Assembly (NCBI GenBank): GCA_951406725.2
Contig: OX597834.1
Location: 32,240,001-32,304,000 of the forward strand
Direction of reading: 5' to 3'
Length of the DNA stretch: 64,000 bases
Source of the DNA: Octopus vulgaris
Taxonomy: Eukaryota
Position 1 is the first letter of the stretch. Each line of letters starts with the position of its first letter. Below are positions 14,003-25,202 of this stretch, piece by piece. The notes beneath the pieces are model-generated. The model saw only the letters and a list, made by a program, of their open reading frames with translations, did no database searches and was not told the DNA's origin. Made by a program: the position numbers and the translations under genes.

Positions 14003-14212
14003 ATATGTTTGTGTGTCTGTTTGTCCCCCCCAACATCGTTTGACAACTGATGTTGGTATGTTTACGTTTCCGTAACTTAGCAGCTTGGCAAAAGAGACCA
14101 ATAGAATAAGTACTAGGCTTACAAAGAATAAGTGCTGGGGTCGATTTACTCGACTGAAAAGGCGGTGCCCCAGCATGGCCACAGTCAAATGACTGAAACA
14201 AGTAAAAGAGTA
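13676..14212 (+). mobile_element. SINE family A, preceded by an older split copy (~12875-13670)
   Basis: Consensus motifs present; a family C-like SINE is nested in the older copy. Confidence 0.85.
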
Positions 14213-14639
14213 AGTACTGTAGTTTGATCATCCAATGAAACCTTAACCTTTCAATGCAGTGCTCCAGCATGGCCACAATCTAATGACTGGAACAAGCATA
14301 AGATAACAGGTAAGGGTTGGTATCCTGGAAAGAGGAAGGACCTGGGAGAGAGACAAAACTGTGGTAAAATAGTGTCTACCAAGAACACTAAATTCCTTAC
14401 CCATCTCTCTGCCAAACTTGCTGCCATATTGTGAAGTTGTTTATTTGTTATTTATTCATTTTATAATATAAACAACTCGAAAAATGTGAAGTTTTTGAAA
14501 TCCGTGAGGGGTATTTTTTTTTTGTTGTTGTTGTTGTTGTTGTTGGACTTTTTAATAAAAATATAAAATGAAAATAAATAGATCGAAATTCATGTCGACA
14601 TCTGTTAAGAATAAAGCAGATGAGTATATATACATTTAA

Positions 14640-14718
<79 letters not shown>

Positions 14719-15387
14719 TGTATATATAAATGTATATATACATATATATATATAAATGGGTGGCCCTTCATTTGGGAGGATAAATTAACGAAAAATAAAC
14801 AATGATGAAGGGTGGTGGTGGTGATGATGATGGTGGTGGTGGTGGTAGTGATGTTACTGATGATTATGGTAATGATGATGTTGAGGATGATGATGATGAT
14901 GACCGTGGTGGTGATAATTATGATGATGATCATAGTAGTGGTGATGGTGATGGTGATGATGATGGTGATGATGATGTGCAACAAAAACAAACCAGAAACA
15001 GGAAATACCCAGAATTTCTCTTTCAGTTATGTCTGGAAGTTTTCCAACTTTCTTTGGAATCTCCGATTATATTCGGCTTTTTGAAGAAAATTTCAACTAT
15101 GAGACAATGCATTAATATCATCATCATCGTCGTCATCATCACCATCATACTCATCACAGTTGTCCTCATCGTCATCCTCATAATCACCATCACCATCATT
15201 ATCACCATCATCCTCCACCATCATCATCATCACCACCACAGCCTAAACATGAGAGGTGCATCTTTTCCCCACACCACCTTATGGCCTGCTTCCACTGTAG
15301 CTGCCATCAACAAAGGTAACATTCTATATGTGTGTGTGTGTATACATATGGGTATGTGTGTGTGTATATATGTATATGTGTGTGTGT

Positions 15388-15432
<45 letters not shown>

Positions 15433-15561
15433 TATACACATATTGTTGTTATTATGTTAAACTGCCGTATGTCCAAATTTGGCCAAATGCGTATTTTTCA
15501 ATATTTATTTTTGCTTGCCAGTTCTTTTGGTCAAACTGTCGTATACATGTATATATGTATG

Positions 15562-15598
<37 letters not shown>

Positions 15599-15745
15599 AT
15601 TATTATTATATGTAGAAAAATACAAACTGGGACAAGAACGCAAAACACTTAGAAGACGATACAAAAAACACGAACGGGACATTCAAAGCCCTCAATCTTC
15701 AGTCAAGAACCGGATCATCCATAATAAGATATTTCTGATTCAACT

Positions 15746-15836
<91 letters not shown>

Positions 15837-16269
15837 AAGTAATAACGAGTGAATGAGAATATGACGACGAAGGATTAAAAAAGCATAAAAACAATTGCAA
15901 ATGAAATAAAATTGAAGCCAAAATATTAAAAATTATTGAAAGTGTGTAGAAATAAAACTACGTAGTAGTGTAGTAGTATTATGCTAGGGTATCTATAGAA
16001 AGTTGAATGTGATTTCGGAATATAACGAGGAAAAATTCGGATCTTTGGAATTTTCCGAAAGTCCTCTCCCCACCTCAAGATTTTCTCCACAAATTACTTT
16101 ATAGTCATAATGTATGCCGTTTGAAAGGTATTTCTATAAAATTTCATTGAAAAAAAACCCATTTTCCTAAAAGTTATGAGGGAAAAACTCGGATCTTGTG
16201 AATTTTCCGAAGTCCTCTCCCCACCCTCCTGTTGCTTTGCGTGTATTTTTTTTCATTATATATATATAC

Positions 16270-16642
16270 TCTTTTACTTGTTTCAGTCATTTGACTGTGG
16301 CCATGCTGGAGCAACGCCTTTAGTCAAGAAAATCGGACCCAGGACTTATTCTTTGTAAGCCTAGTACTTATTCTATCAGTCTCTTTTGCCGAACCGCTAA
16401 GTTACGGGGACGTAAACACACCAGCATTGGTTGTCAAGCGATGTTGGGTAGGGGGACAAACACAGACACACATACATACATATATACGACGCGTTTCTTG
16501 CAGTTTCCGTCTACCAAATCCACTCACAAGGCTTTGCTTTGCCTTTGGTTATTATAGTAGAAGACACTTGCCCAAAGTGTCACGCAGTGGGAATGAACCC
16601 GGAACCATGTGGTTGGTAAGCAAACTACTTACCACACAGCCA
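16270..16642 (-). mobile_element. SINE family A (diverged + copy follows at ~17099-17460)
   Basis: Reverse complement of the consensus. Confidence 0.85.
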
Positions 16643-17721
16643 ATGGCGTGCTGGTAATCGTAAATCTAGTAATTCCATAAAAGTTATACACACACACACA
16701 CACATACTTATAAAACGTCCGACAGATGCTGTGGACCTCACCACTGCGTTATACAATACAAACTCCTGGCTGCTGGGGGTATTTGTCTCCCCTTCGTAAA
16801 TATATAAGGACACAGGGAAAAAAATGTGTCGAAGCCATCAGGAAGCGTCGATGCTTCCTAGGGCTAAACAGCGGTGGTGTAATCCCCTACTGTCACGTTA
16901 AATTGACAGTATACAACCATTCATTATAATTTTTAAATTAAAATAAAAACTCAAGAGTTGCCTCCCTTCCGAGATTTCGAACCCTTTTGACCAAATTGCA
17001 CGACAAATCTATCAGTCTTTGTGACATGTCTGATTGCCTAAGATTTGTCATATCACTCACCTCTCAGACCTTCTCCATGGTATGTCTGAACTCTATAGAG
17101 GCGCAGGCATGGTTGCGGTGGTTAATGTGCTCGCTATGTAACCATGTGGTTTCTGGTTCAATTCCACTGCATGGCATCTTATGCAAGTGGTCTGGATTGA
17201 CCAACGCCTTAAGAGAGAATTTCGTGGAAAGAAATGTCTTGGAAATCCGTTGCGCGCGCGTTTGTGTGTTTATTTATTTCCCCAAACCGATTGATAACCG
17301 GTGCTGGTTTCTTTACGTCCACATAACATAGCTTTTTCGGTAAAAGTGACTGATAAAATAAGTACCAGGCTTTAAAATAAGTACTGGAGGTTGATTTGTT
17401 CGACTACATCATTCAAGGCGGTGCCCCAGTATGGCCGCAGTGCAATGATTTAAACAGGATAAATGATATGCACATTAGTCACTCATTAGTCACACGCCTG
17501 GAAATTGTATGGAAGCCCATTGTATACATGGGTATGTGCGTGTGTTTTTGTGACTATGTTTAACGCCAATCCCACCTCCACCGTTTGACAACCGGTCAGA
17601 AAGAGCCGGAACTAATATGCAACAATGGTATTTTATCAACCCGGGAAGGCTGAAACGCAAAACTGACGGCGGTAGGATTTGAACCCAGAGCGCAAAGAGC
17701 GAGAACAAATACTGAGTTAGC

Positions 17722-18070
17722 ACTTCTCTTTATGAACCTTGAAAGGATGAAAGGCAAAGTTGACCGAGGCGGGATTTGAAATCAGAACGTAATGAACTAG
17801 AACAAACACTGCAAGATTCGTTGTCAAGTCTGAAAGGATTTCTCTTTATTAACCTTGAAAGGATGAAAGGCAAAGTTGACCGAGGCAGGATTTGAAATCA
17901 GAACGTAATGAACGAGAACAAACACTGCAAGATTCGTTGTCAAGTCTGAAAGGATTTCTCTTTATTAACCTTGAAAGGATGAAAGGCAAAGTTGACCGAG
18001 GCAGGATTTGAAATCAGAACGTAATGAACTAGAACAAACACTGCAAGGTTCGTTGTCAAGTCTGAAAGGA
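17722..18070 (-). repeat. Three tandem ~116-bp units derived from SINE B
   Basis: Near-identical AACCTTGAAAGGATGAAAGGCAAAGTTGACCGAGGC...CAAGTCTGAAAGGA units. Confidence 0.85.
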
Positions 18071-18222
18071 TAGAAAGCAGGCGGACTTTTGGAACAGCTG
18101 ATTCTCATTCAAAGATCCGAGATGAAAGAAAAGTTCCTTCTCATCGTTTTGAAGCATGTCTTGAAAAAGAAAAGGAAAGGGAAGAAAGAAAGAAAAGAAA
18201 GAAAAATCGTGGCGTTTTTTCC

Positions 18223-18354
18223 TTAACGGCTGCCACGAAGCTTCGATTCGATGGCGGAACGCACAGCACTTGCTTGGTTTGCTTCCTTGTGTCCGAGTTG
18301 CTCTCGCCATTGACCAGCGCTAACTATGTGGGACAGCAGCCCTTGAAGGGCCCA
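18223..18354 (-). CDS. Candidate terminal coding exon (WALQGLLSHIVSAGQWREQLGHKEANQASAVRSAIESKLRGSR*)
   Basis: Acceptor ccccacctttcAG; phase 0 matches the end of the 20195-20399 exon; 44 codons to TAA; GC-richer unique sequence. Confidence 0.5.
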   Translation of the reverse strand, partial: WALQGLLSHIVSAGQWREQLGHKEANQASAVRSAIESKLRGSR

Positions 18355-18641
18355 CTGAAAGGTGGGGTTGACTTAAGCAGAAAAGATCTGTAATACACAC
18401 TGCAAAGCTAACGAGTCTGTCAAGTCAATTTTCTGTAATAACAGCAAATATGTTGGTATCGAATTTTAGCACAAGGCTAACAATTTCGGAAGAGGGGTCA
18501 AATCGATTACATCGACCCCAGTGCTAAACTGGAACTTATTTAATCGACCATCTAAAGGACGAGAGGTGAAATCGACCTCGGCAGAACTTGAGCTCAGAAC
18601 GTAAAGACGGACGAAATGTCACCGAGTATTTCGTCTAGTGA

Positions 18642-18960
18642 AGGCGCTGGCTTAGTGGTTAGGGTATTTGGCTCACGATCGTAACGTTTTGAGTTCGATT
18701 CCCGGTAGAGCGTTGTATTTTTAAACAATATACTTTATTTCCCGTTGCCCCAGTTCACGCAGCAGACAAAAGTTGTACCTGCTAATTCAAAGGGCCAGCC
18801 TTGTCACATTCCGTCACGCTGAAGCTCCCTGTAAATTACGTTTAAGAGTATGCGTGTCTATGGAGTACTCGGCCACTTACACATTAATTCACACGAACAG
18901 ACTGTTCCATTGATCGGATCAACTGGAACTTTCGTTGTCATAACCGATGGAGCGCCAGTT
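18642..18960 (+). mobile_element. SINE family C variant with a different tail (second copy 13231-13557)
   Basis: Same head as family C; tail GGGCCAGCCTTG...GGATCAACTGGAAC..GCCAG. Confidence 0.75.
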
Positions 18961-19206
18961 TTTTTAAAAGCATTTTGATCAGCCGGCTAACGATTTTACC
19001 AGCAAGCCACCTTACATAGCAACAACCTCATCAGTTTAATAATAGGTTAAAGGCCATGTTGACTTAGGCGGGATTTGAACTCAAAGCGTAAACAGCCGGA
19101 ACAAATACCACAAAGTATTTTATCCGATGTATAACAATTCTGTCAAGCCAACCCTCTGTAATAGCAAGAATACACTGGAAGAGGGGAAAAAGCGTCACTC
19201 ATATTA

Positions 19207-19616
19207 GGATCTTTTCGGTTTGAACGGCAGTTTTTTTCTATGAAACTGTCACCCATAACTATGACCCTAGTATCGATCTATTGCATTTCAATCTGTTTTA
19301 GGGTTAGGGTTAGGGTGGGGGAAGGGTATCTTTTTCTTCACAAATGTAAATAAACCCAATCTGTTTCTTAAACAAGGGGCATATTCATACGGCACAGAAT
19401 GGTTTTTACCTCAATAGACGTCATTGATTGGTTGAAATTATAGAAATTGAAGAAAAAAACAACCAACAAATATCTTACAAACTATAGAATTTTCTCAATA
19501 AAGCCAAGAGAAAAAGATATTTTATAAACACATTCTACCAGTATACGAAGTTTAAAAGTGTTTAGTTACGTGGAAATTATTTTAAAGAAAAACTGCCGTT
19601 CAAACCGAAAAGATCC
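19207..19616. mobile_element. MITE with ~30-bp perfect TIRs and internal (TTAGGG)3
   Basis: GGATCTTTTCGGTTTGAACGGCAGTTTTT / AAAAACTGCCGTTCAAACCGAAAAGATCC. Confidence 0.85.
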
Positions 19617-19770
19617 GGCCATGGTGATGATCTAAACAGGATTTGAAAGTGAGAAAAGCTGGAACAAATATTTCAGAAAAGTTTATCCAACGCTCGAAGA
19701 ATTCTATTAAGCTAACAACAACCCCAGTAACGGCAACAATTGTAAATGGTAAAAACAAATAAGAAAGAAA

Positions 19771-20173
19771 GGCGATCTTTCGTCTCTAGTAGACCTTTCC
19801 GTCGATTTCCGTAAATTTTTTTTTTTTTTCTACATATGGGCTTGCGGGAACTTTTGAAGTAATATACATACATATACACATACACCGAGTAAAAAATTTC
19901 AGATATCTCTCTCTTTCACACATTACTCTGTCTCTTCACACACACTAACAGAAGCACTTCACTTACACAACATACTGTCTGTCTCCCACACCCCATCAAA
20001 CACACACACACGCACACACATGTACATCAATGCTTCACATGCACGGCAACTTCAAAAGAACTTCCCTCGTCATACAATCGCTTTCTCTTAGTCTCTTTCG
20101 CTCTCATTACTTCAAAAGTTCCCGCAAGCCCATATGTAAAAAAAAAAATTTTTTACGGAGACGAAAGATTGCC
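19771..20173. mobile_element. MITE/fold-back with long inverted ends
   Basis: GGCGATCTTTCGTCTC / GAGACGAAAGATTGCC, and TACATATGGGCTTGCGGGAACTTTTGAAGTAAT / ATTACTTCAAAAGTTCCCGCAAGCCCATATGTA. Confidence 0.8.
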
Positions 20174-20194
20174 GAAAGAAAAAGTGTCACTTAC

Positions 20195-20399
20195 TCTGAT
20201 CAGTTTAACAGCAGGCTCCATAAACGATGTGGGCAAGCTGTAGCTTTGATGAACGAGCTTACTGCAAAGGTGTACTCTGTCAAGTAAGGTTTGCATGAAT
20301 GGTGTCGGTGGTAGGAGCAAGGTGAACAAAAGCGGACTGGTTATCTTGTTGACGGTGTACATAGTCTGCCCAACTTTTTCTATTTTGTGTCGTCTGGCC
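20195..20399 (-). CDS. Candidate internal coding exon of an unidentified gene (ARRHKIEKVGQTMYTVNKITSPLLF...FMEPAVKLIR)
   Basis: Strong acceptor (ctttctctctttcaacAG) and donor (AGA|gtaagt). 205 nt = 1 nt + 68 codons; only one frame is open; high-complexity unique sequence among repeats. Confidence 0.6.
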
Positions 20400-20404
20400 C
20401 TGTT

Positions 20405-20974
20405 GAAAGAGAGAAAGGCAGGTTATTAAAGGGAGTGAGAGAAAGACAAATTATTAAAGGGAGGGAGAGAAAAAGAGATTATTAGATGGAATGAGAGAAA
20501 GAGAAGACAATGTAATTAATTTAAGTGAGTGAAAAATAAAAAGATAATAAGATTAAGTGGGTGACTGATAAAGAGAGAGAGAAAGAGAATGGACTGAAAG
20601 AGAGAGAGAAGAAATTGAGTGAGAGAAAGAGAGATTGAAATTGAAAAAAGTGAGTAAATGAGAGAGAAAGATACGGGGAATAAGTGAATGAGAAGAAAAA
20701 CAGTAAAATAGAGTGAATGAGCGAGTGAGAGAGAATAAGATTGGAAGAGAGGGTGAGAAAACGTAAAAGTTATTGAATGAGTGAGAAACTGGGAGTGAGT
20801 GAGAGAAAAAGACTGATGTAGAGTGAGTGAGGAAGAATTAAAACGTGAGTGAATGAGAGAGAAATTAAGAGTGAGAGAGAGAAAAAAAGACACTGATATT
20901 GAGTGAATGAGAGCGAGAGGGAGAATAAAATTGAGAGAGTGAAAGAGAGAGAGAGAGAGAATGAGATTGGAAGA

Positions 20975-21006
<32 letters not shown>

Positions 21007-21125
21007 AATTAAGTGAAAGATATATAGAGAGATATATAAGTTGAGAGGGTGAGTGAGAAAGCGAAAGGAAATTTGATAAACTAGGAGAGAAAAAAAGGCA
21101 AATAAGAGAGAGAGAGAGACAGACA
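20405..21125. repeat. GA-rich low-complexity tract (similar at 34850-35312; (CA)n-rich at 34374-34635)
   Basis: Direct observation. Confidence 0.9.
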
Positions 21126-21644
21126 GTTGAACGAAAGAGTTATGTGTGTGTATGTGTATATGTGTGTGTGTGTGTGTATAAATGCATGTTTATCTTTGAG
21201 TGTTTATCTATATGTGTGTGTGTGTGATTCTTGTGTATATTTTGCGTGTATGTGGAATGCATGTGTGTGTTTGTGTGCATGGTTGCATTTGTGCAGATGT
21301 CTGTGTTTCAATGAAACTTTGAGGGACAAGATGCTGTGTATGCGTCGATGTATGTGAGACAGATTTTCAATGAGAAAGAGAAAAGCGTGTGTGTGTGTGT
21401 GTGTATACACATACACACACACACATATATATATAATAACAATATAATAAATAAATAAAATATATGCATATATACATACGTATATGTACATACTTACATC
21501 TATATGTATATATACATGCATATATATATATGAGTACAGGACACCACACTCACACATATATATATATATACATGTATATATACATATAGATGTAAGTATG
21601 TACATATATGTATGTATATATGCATATATTTTATTTATTTACAA

Positions 21645-22037
21645 CTAGCAGTATCGCCCGGTGTTGCTCGGGTTTGTAAGGGAAATAACTATATAAGCAT
21701 TTTAGAGAGTTATAGCCAAAAATAGAAAAAAATGCCTTAAAAATGGAAAAAAAATTATGGTAAATTTTTTTTAAATCGTTGACTCATCGTAGATATTTTT
21801 AGAGAGTTACTTCCCTTATATAATAGCGAAAAAATGCATTAAAATGGGAAAATATGATGGTAAATTTTTTTTAAATCGTAGACTCATCGTAGACGCGCGC
21901 TAATACCCAGAAGGGCTCGATATGAATCACGACTATAAGATACCCGAATTTGGTTAAACTGCGCCGCAAAATGTGGGAGTAGTTAGGAATCTAAATCGTA
22001 GGAGACAGACACACAACTTGACTTTTATATATAAAGA
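21645..22037 (-). mobile_element. Non-autonomous Helitron
   Basis: 5' TC, 3' CTAG, A|T insertion site, subterminal hairpin CCCGAGCAACACCGGG. Confidence 0.85.
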
Positions 22038-22061
22038 TATATATATATATATATATATATA

Positions 22062-22578
22062 CTAGCAGTATCGCCCGGCGTTGCTCGGGTTTGTAAGGGA
22101 AATAACTATATAAGCATTTTCAGAGAGTTACTTCCTTTATAGATGCCAATTCGGTCTTTCTTAGCCATTTCTGTTTTGGTGTCTTCAAGCCATGAAGTCG
22201 TTGTTCTAAAAGAACGCTGGTCTCCTTGACAACGCATTACGACGTTGATTTCCTTAAACTCCCTTCCCCACAGCTTCACGAGGGAGGGAAGAAGGGGGAG
22301 AAGCAAACACAGGTGCAGGTGTTTGAGCGTGGACGCCAACTCCGCCGCCATCGACACACGAAAAATTATGCATTAAAATGGAATAAAAAATGATGTTAAA
22401 TTATTTTTAAAATCGTAGACTCATCGTAGACGCGCGCTAATAGCCAGACGGGCTCGATATTAATCACGACTATAAGATACCCGAATTTGGTTAAACTGCA
22501 CCGCAAAATGTGGGAGGAGTTAGGAATCTAAATCGTAGGAGACAGACACTCACACAACTAGAGTTTTATATATATAGA
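22062..22578 (-). mobile_element. Non-autonomous Helitron with internal ~220-bp cargo
   Basis: Same ends as the adjacent copy, plus an extra GC-richer segment at 22141-22360. Confidence 0.85.
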
Positions 22579-22967
22579 TATATATATATATGTATTTGGC
22601 ATGTGTAGATGCATGTGTTTGTGTGTGTATAGTGAAAGAGTGACAATGGGAAAAGAGTATGAGTAATATGGGGGAGTGAAAGAGTGTCAAAGAGAATAGG
22701 GGGGGGGGAGTGAAGGCGGACAGACAGGAGGAAGTAAAGGAAGATTGGTGTGTATATGTGTGTGTGAATATGTGCGTACATACATGCATGTGTGTGTGTA
22801 CATTCATCTACGAACATATAATATAAGTATAAAAACATATACAAGCATGCGTATCAATAAAAACGGCAAAATACCCAAGGAAGTAAGAGTTTACAATATG
22901 AGTTAATTACATATATGAATGTTCATGCATATATATATATGATGATGATATATATATATATATATAT

Positions 22968-23210
22968 CGTTGGTATAATGCAAAAGTGTCGTAAGTCCAA
23001 AACGCTGCTTTTTCAGAAAACGAAAAAATAGTTTCACCATTCCATAGCAAAACCGTTGTACGACACTTTGACAGTTTTTGATATCTTGGCATCTGAAGCA
23101 ACTGGAGATACGATAATTTGACCAAAAGAACCGGCTATTGCAAGAAAATATAAATATTTGAAAAAAAAAAAACGAATTTGGACATACGACAATTTAACAT
23201 AAGAACAACA
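22968..23210. mobile_element. Old MITE with imperfect TIRs (related fragment at ~15443-15545)
   Basis: TTGGTATAATGCAAAAGTGTCGTAAGTCCAAA vs TTTGGACATACGACAATTTAACATAAGAACAA. Confidence 0.55.
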
Positions 23211-23353
23211 ATATGTGTGTGTGTGTATATACGTATATATATGTGTGAGTGTGCATAGGTATATATGTGTGTATATATGTACATTTATATATATGTATAT
23301 CCTTAAAAATGTTTCAGCCCAAAGGACGCGGCCATGCTGGGGCACCACCGCTG

Positions 23354-23360
23354 AAAAAAA
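23354..23360 (-). terminator. RNA polymerase III terminator (T7) of tRNA-Glu
   Basis: TTTTTTT on the minus strand, 4 nt after the tRNA discriminator base. Confidence 0.85.
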
Positions 23361-23364
23361 GACG

Positions 23365-23436
23365 TTCCCATGCCGGGAATCGAACCCGGGCCGCCTGGGT
23401 GAAAGCCAGGAATCCTAACCACTAGACCACATGGGA
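23365..23436 (-). tRNA. trnE-TTC: tRNA-Glu (anticodon TTC), intact, intronless
   Basis: Minus strand reads TCCCATGTGGTCTAGTGGTTAGGATTCCTGGCTTTCACCCAGGCGGCCCGGGTTCGATTCCCGGCATGGGAA (72 nt). Perfect acceptor stem TCCCATG/CATGGGA, anticodon arm CCTGG-CTTTCAC-CCAGG, T arm CCGGG-TTCGATT-CCCGG, intact A and B boxes. Confidence 0.96.
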
Positions 23437-23635
23437 ACTACAGAGAGTAATTTTGCTTTTGTGCCTTATAATGTATCACACTCACCGGTAAAACTTCCAC
23501 TTTTTTCTTACTTTTATTTTCCTAAAATTTTCGTTGCTTCTTGCAACCTTTTCAATAGTCAATATACGTATATATGAAATTTTTTTATTCGTAATGAGAT
23601 AAAAAACCAAGGCTGTTTTAGAACATTTATATATG

Positions 23636-23733
<98 letters not shown>

Positions 23734-24458
23734 CATATATATATATATACAGGTTTTGTAGAATTTTCTGCTGCTTTAAATAAAGCATATTACTCTACCA
23801 CTGGTATTTGAGTACTCTTTTTTCCACCCTGTTTCACATTTATGTGTTTACTCCGGTATATATATATATAGATAGATAGATATGTATATACATACATACA
23901 TACATACATACATACATACATACATACATACATACATAAGGGTGTTTAGAAGTAATTGCATATTTTTTCAAAGAAAAGAGAGGAAAATTTGTACTGGTAT
24001 TTTACAAAATACGAGTAAAAATTTTATTATTATCTGTTTATCAATAATGTAATCAACATCATTTTTAATTACTGCTGCCTAACAGAATGGTAAATTCTTG
24101 ATTCTCTGTTTTTAAAAGGTTAGCTTTTTTTTAAAAGAACTTTGACATGCAGGTATAGCTGTGAGATCAAGAAGCTTACTTTCCAATTATGTGACTTCAG
24201 GTTCAATCCCACAACACTATATCTTGGGCAAGCGTCTTCTACTATGGCCCTGGGTTGATCAATGCCTTTGATCAATATATATATTAGCTTAGTTTTTCCT
24301 TGGGGCTGGCCGGATCGGAGCGATCTCAAGATTAATCAGCCGAAATTGCGAGGATGATCCGGTTCTTGACTGAAGATTGGAGGCTTCGAGTGACCCGTCC
24401 ATTTTTTGTGTCATCTCTTTGAGTGTTTTGCGTTCTTGTCCCATTTTGTATTTTTATA

Positions 24459-24489
<31 letters not shown>

Positions 24490-24652
24490 CAAATTGAGAT
24501 AGGGGTTGTGAGTGCAACCCACCATGGGATAACATATATCCAATATACTGCCAGACCTTATTGTTCATATGTAGTTGGTTAATAAATTATGTGAATGGGT
24601 ATTATCTGGTAGTTGATTATTGATTAAGGTGTATTTCTCCATTTTCTTATTT

Positions 24653-24690
<38 letters not shown>

Positions 24691-24952
24691 TTTGTGTTAC
24701 AAGTCTCCTGATGTGAAGTTGTGTGTTGAAACAGATATTGTTGTATTTCAGGATGGTCTTTTTTTTTTTTGCCAAGTAAACACAGGCACTATATATTTAT
24801 TCTTCACTCTTTTATTTCTGTTCTTATTCTAACTGATGTCCATTGCCTGGAAATCTTTCGTCACACATCTGTGACCTCTTCAGCAACACTTTTCGTCTTT
24901 GTGTGTGCTCTTTCTCCATTTACTTCCTTCTTCTCTTCTATATATATATATA

Positions 24953-25181
24953 TTTCTTTATTGCCCACAAGAGGCTAAACATAGAGGGGACAAACAAGGA
25001 CAGACAAGGGATTAAGTCGATTATATCGACCCCAGTGCGAAACTGGTACTTTTATTTATCGACCCTGAAAGGATGAAAGGCAAAGTCGACCTCGGTGGAA
25101 TTTGAACTCAGAATGTAACGACAGACGAAATATCGCTAAGCATTTCGCCCGGTGTGCTAACGTTTCTGCCAGCTCGCCGCC
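24953..25181 (-). mobile_element. SINE family B, full length (diverged copies near 9850-10035, 18470-18640, 27850-28060, 36070-36280, 41775-41960, 42985-43160, 46620-46830)
   Basis: Head GGCGGCGAGCTGGCAGAA..GAGTTCAAATTC; body GTCGACTTTGCCTTTCATCCTTTC.GGGTCGATAAA. Confidence 0.85.
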
Positions 25182-25202
25182 GAAGATCTATATATATATA
25201 TA

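Noticed and set aside
13517-14276. Recurrent peptides such as RLPNPLTRLWSARGYSRRHLPK
   Set aside because: Antisense translations of SINE A; recurrence reflects copy number, not a protein family.
14802-15803. 333-aa ORF, the longest in the track
   Set aside because: Built from GAT/GGT, CAT and TA microsatellites plus repeat fragments; it is stop-free because of low complexity.
19298-19318. Telomere or interstitial telomeric site (also ~7135)
   Set aside because: Only 2-3 TTAGGG units; the 19298 tract lies inside a MITE.
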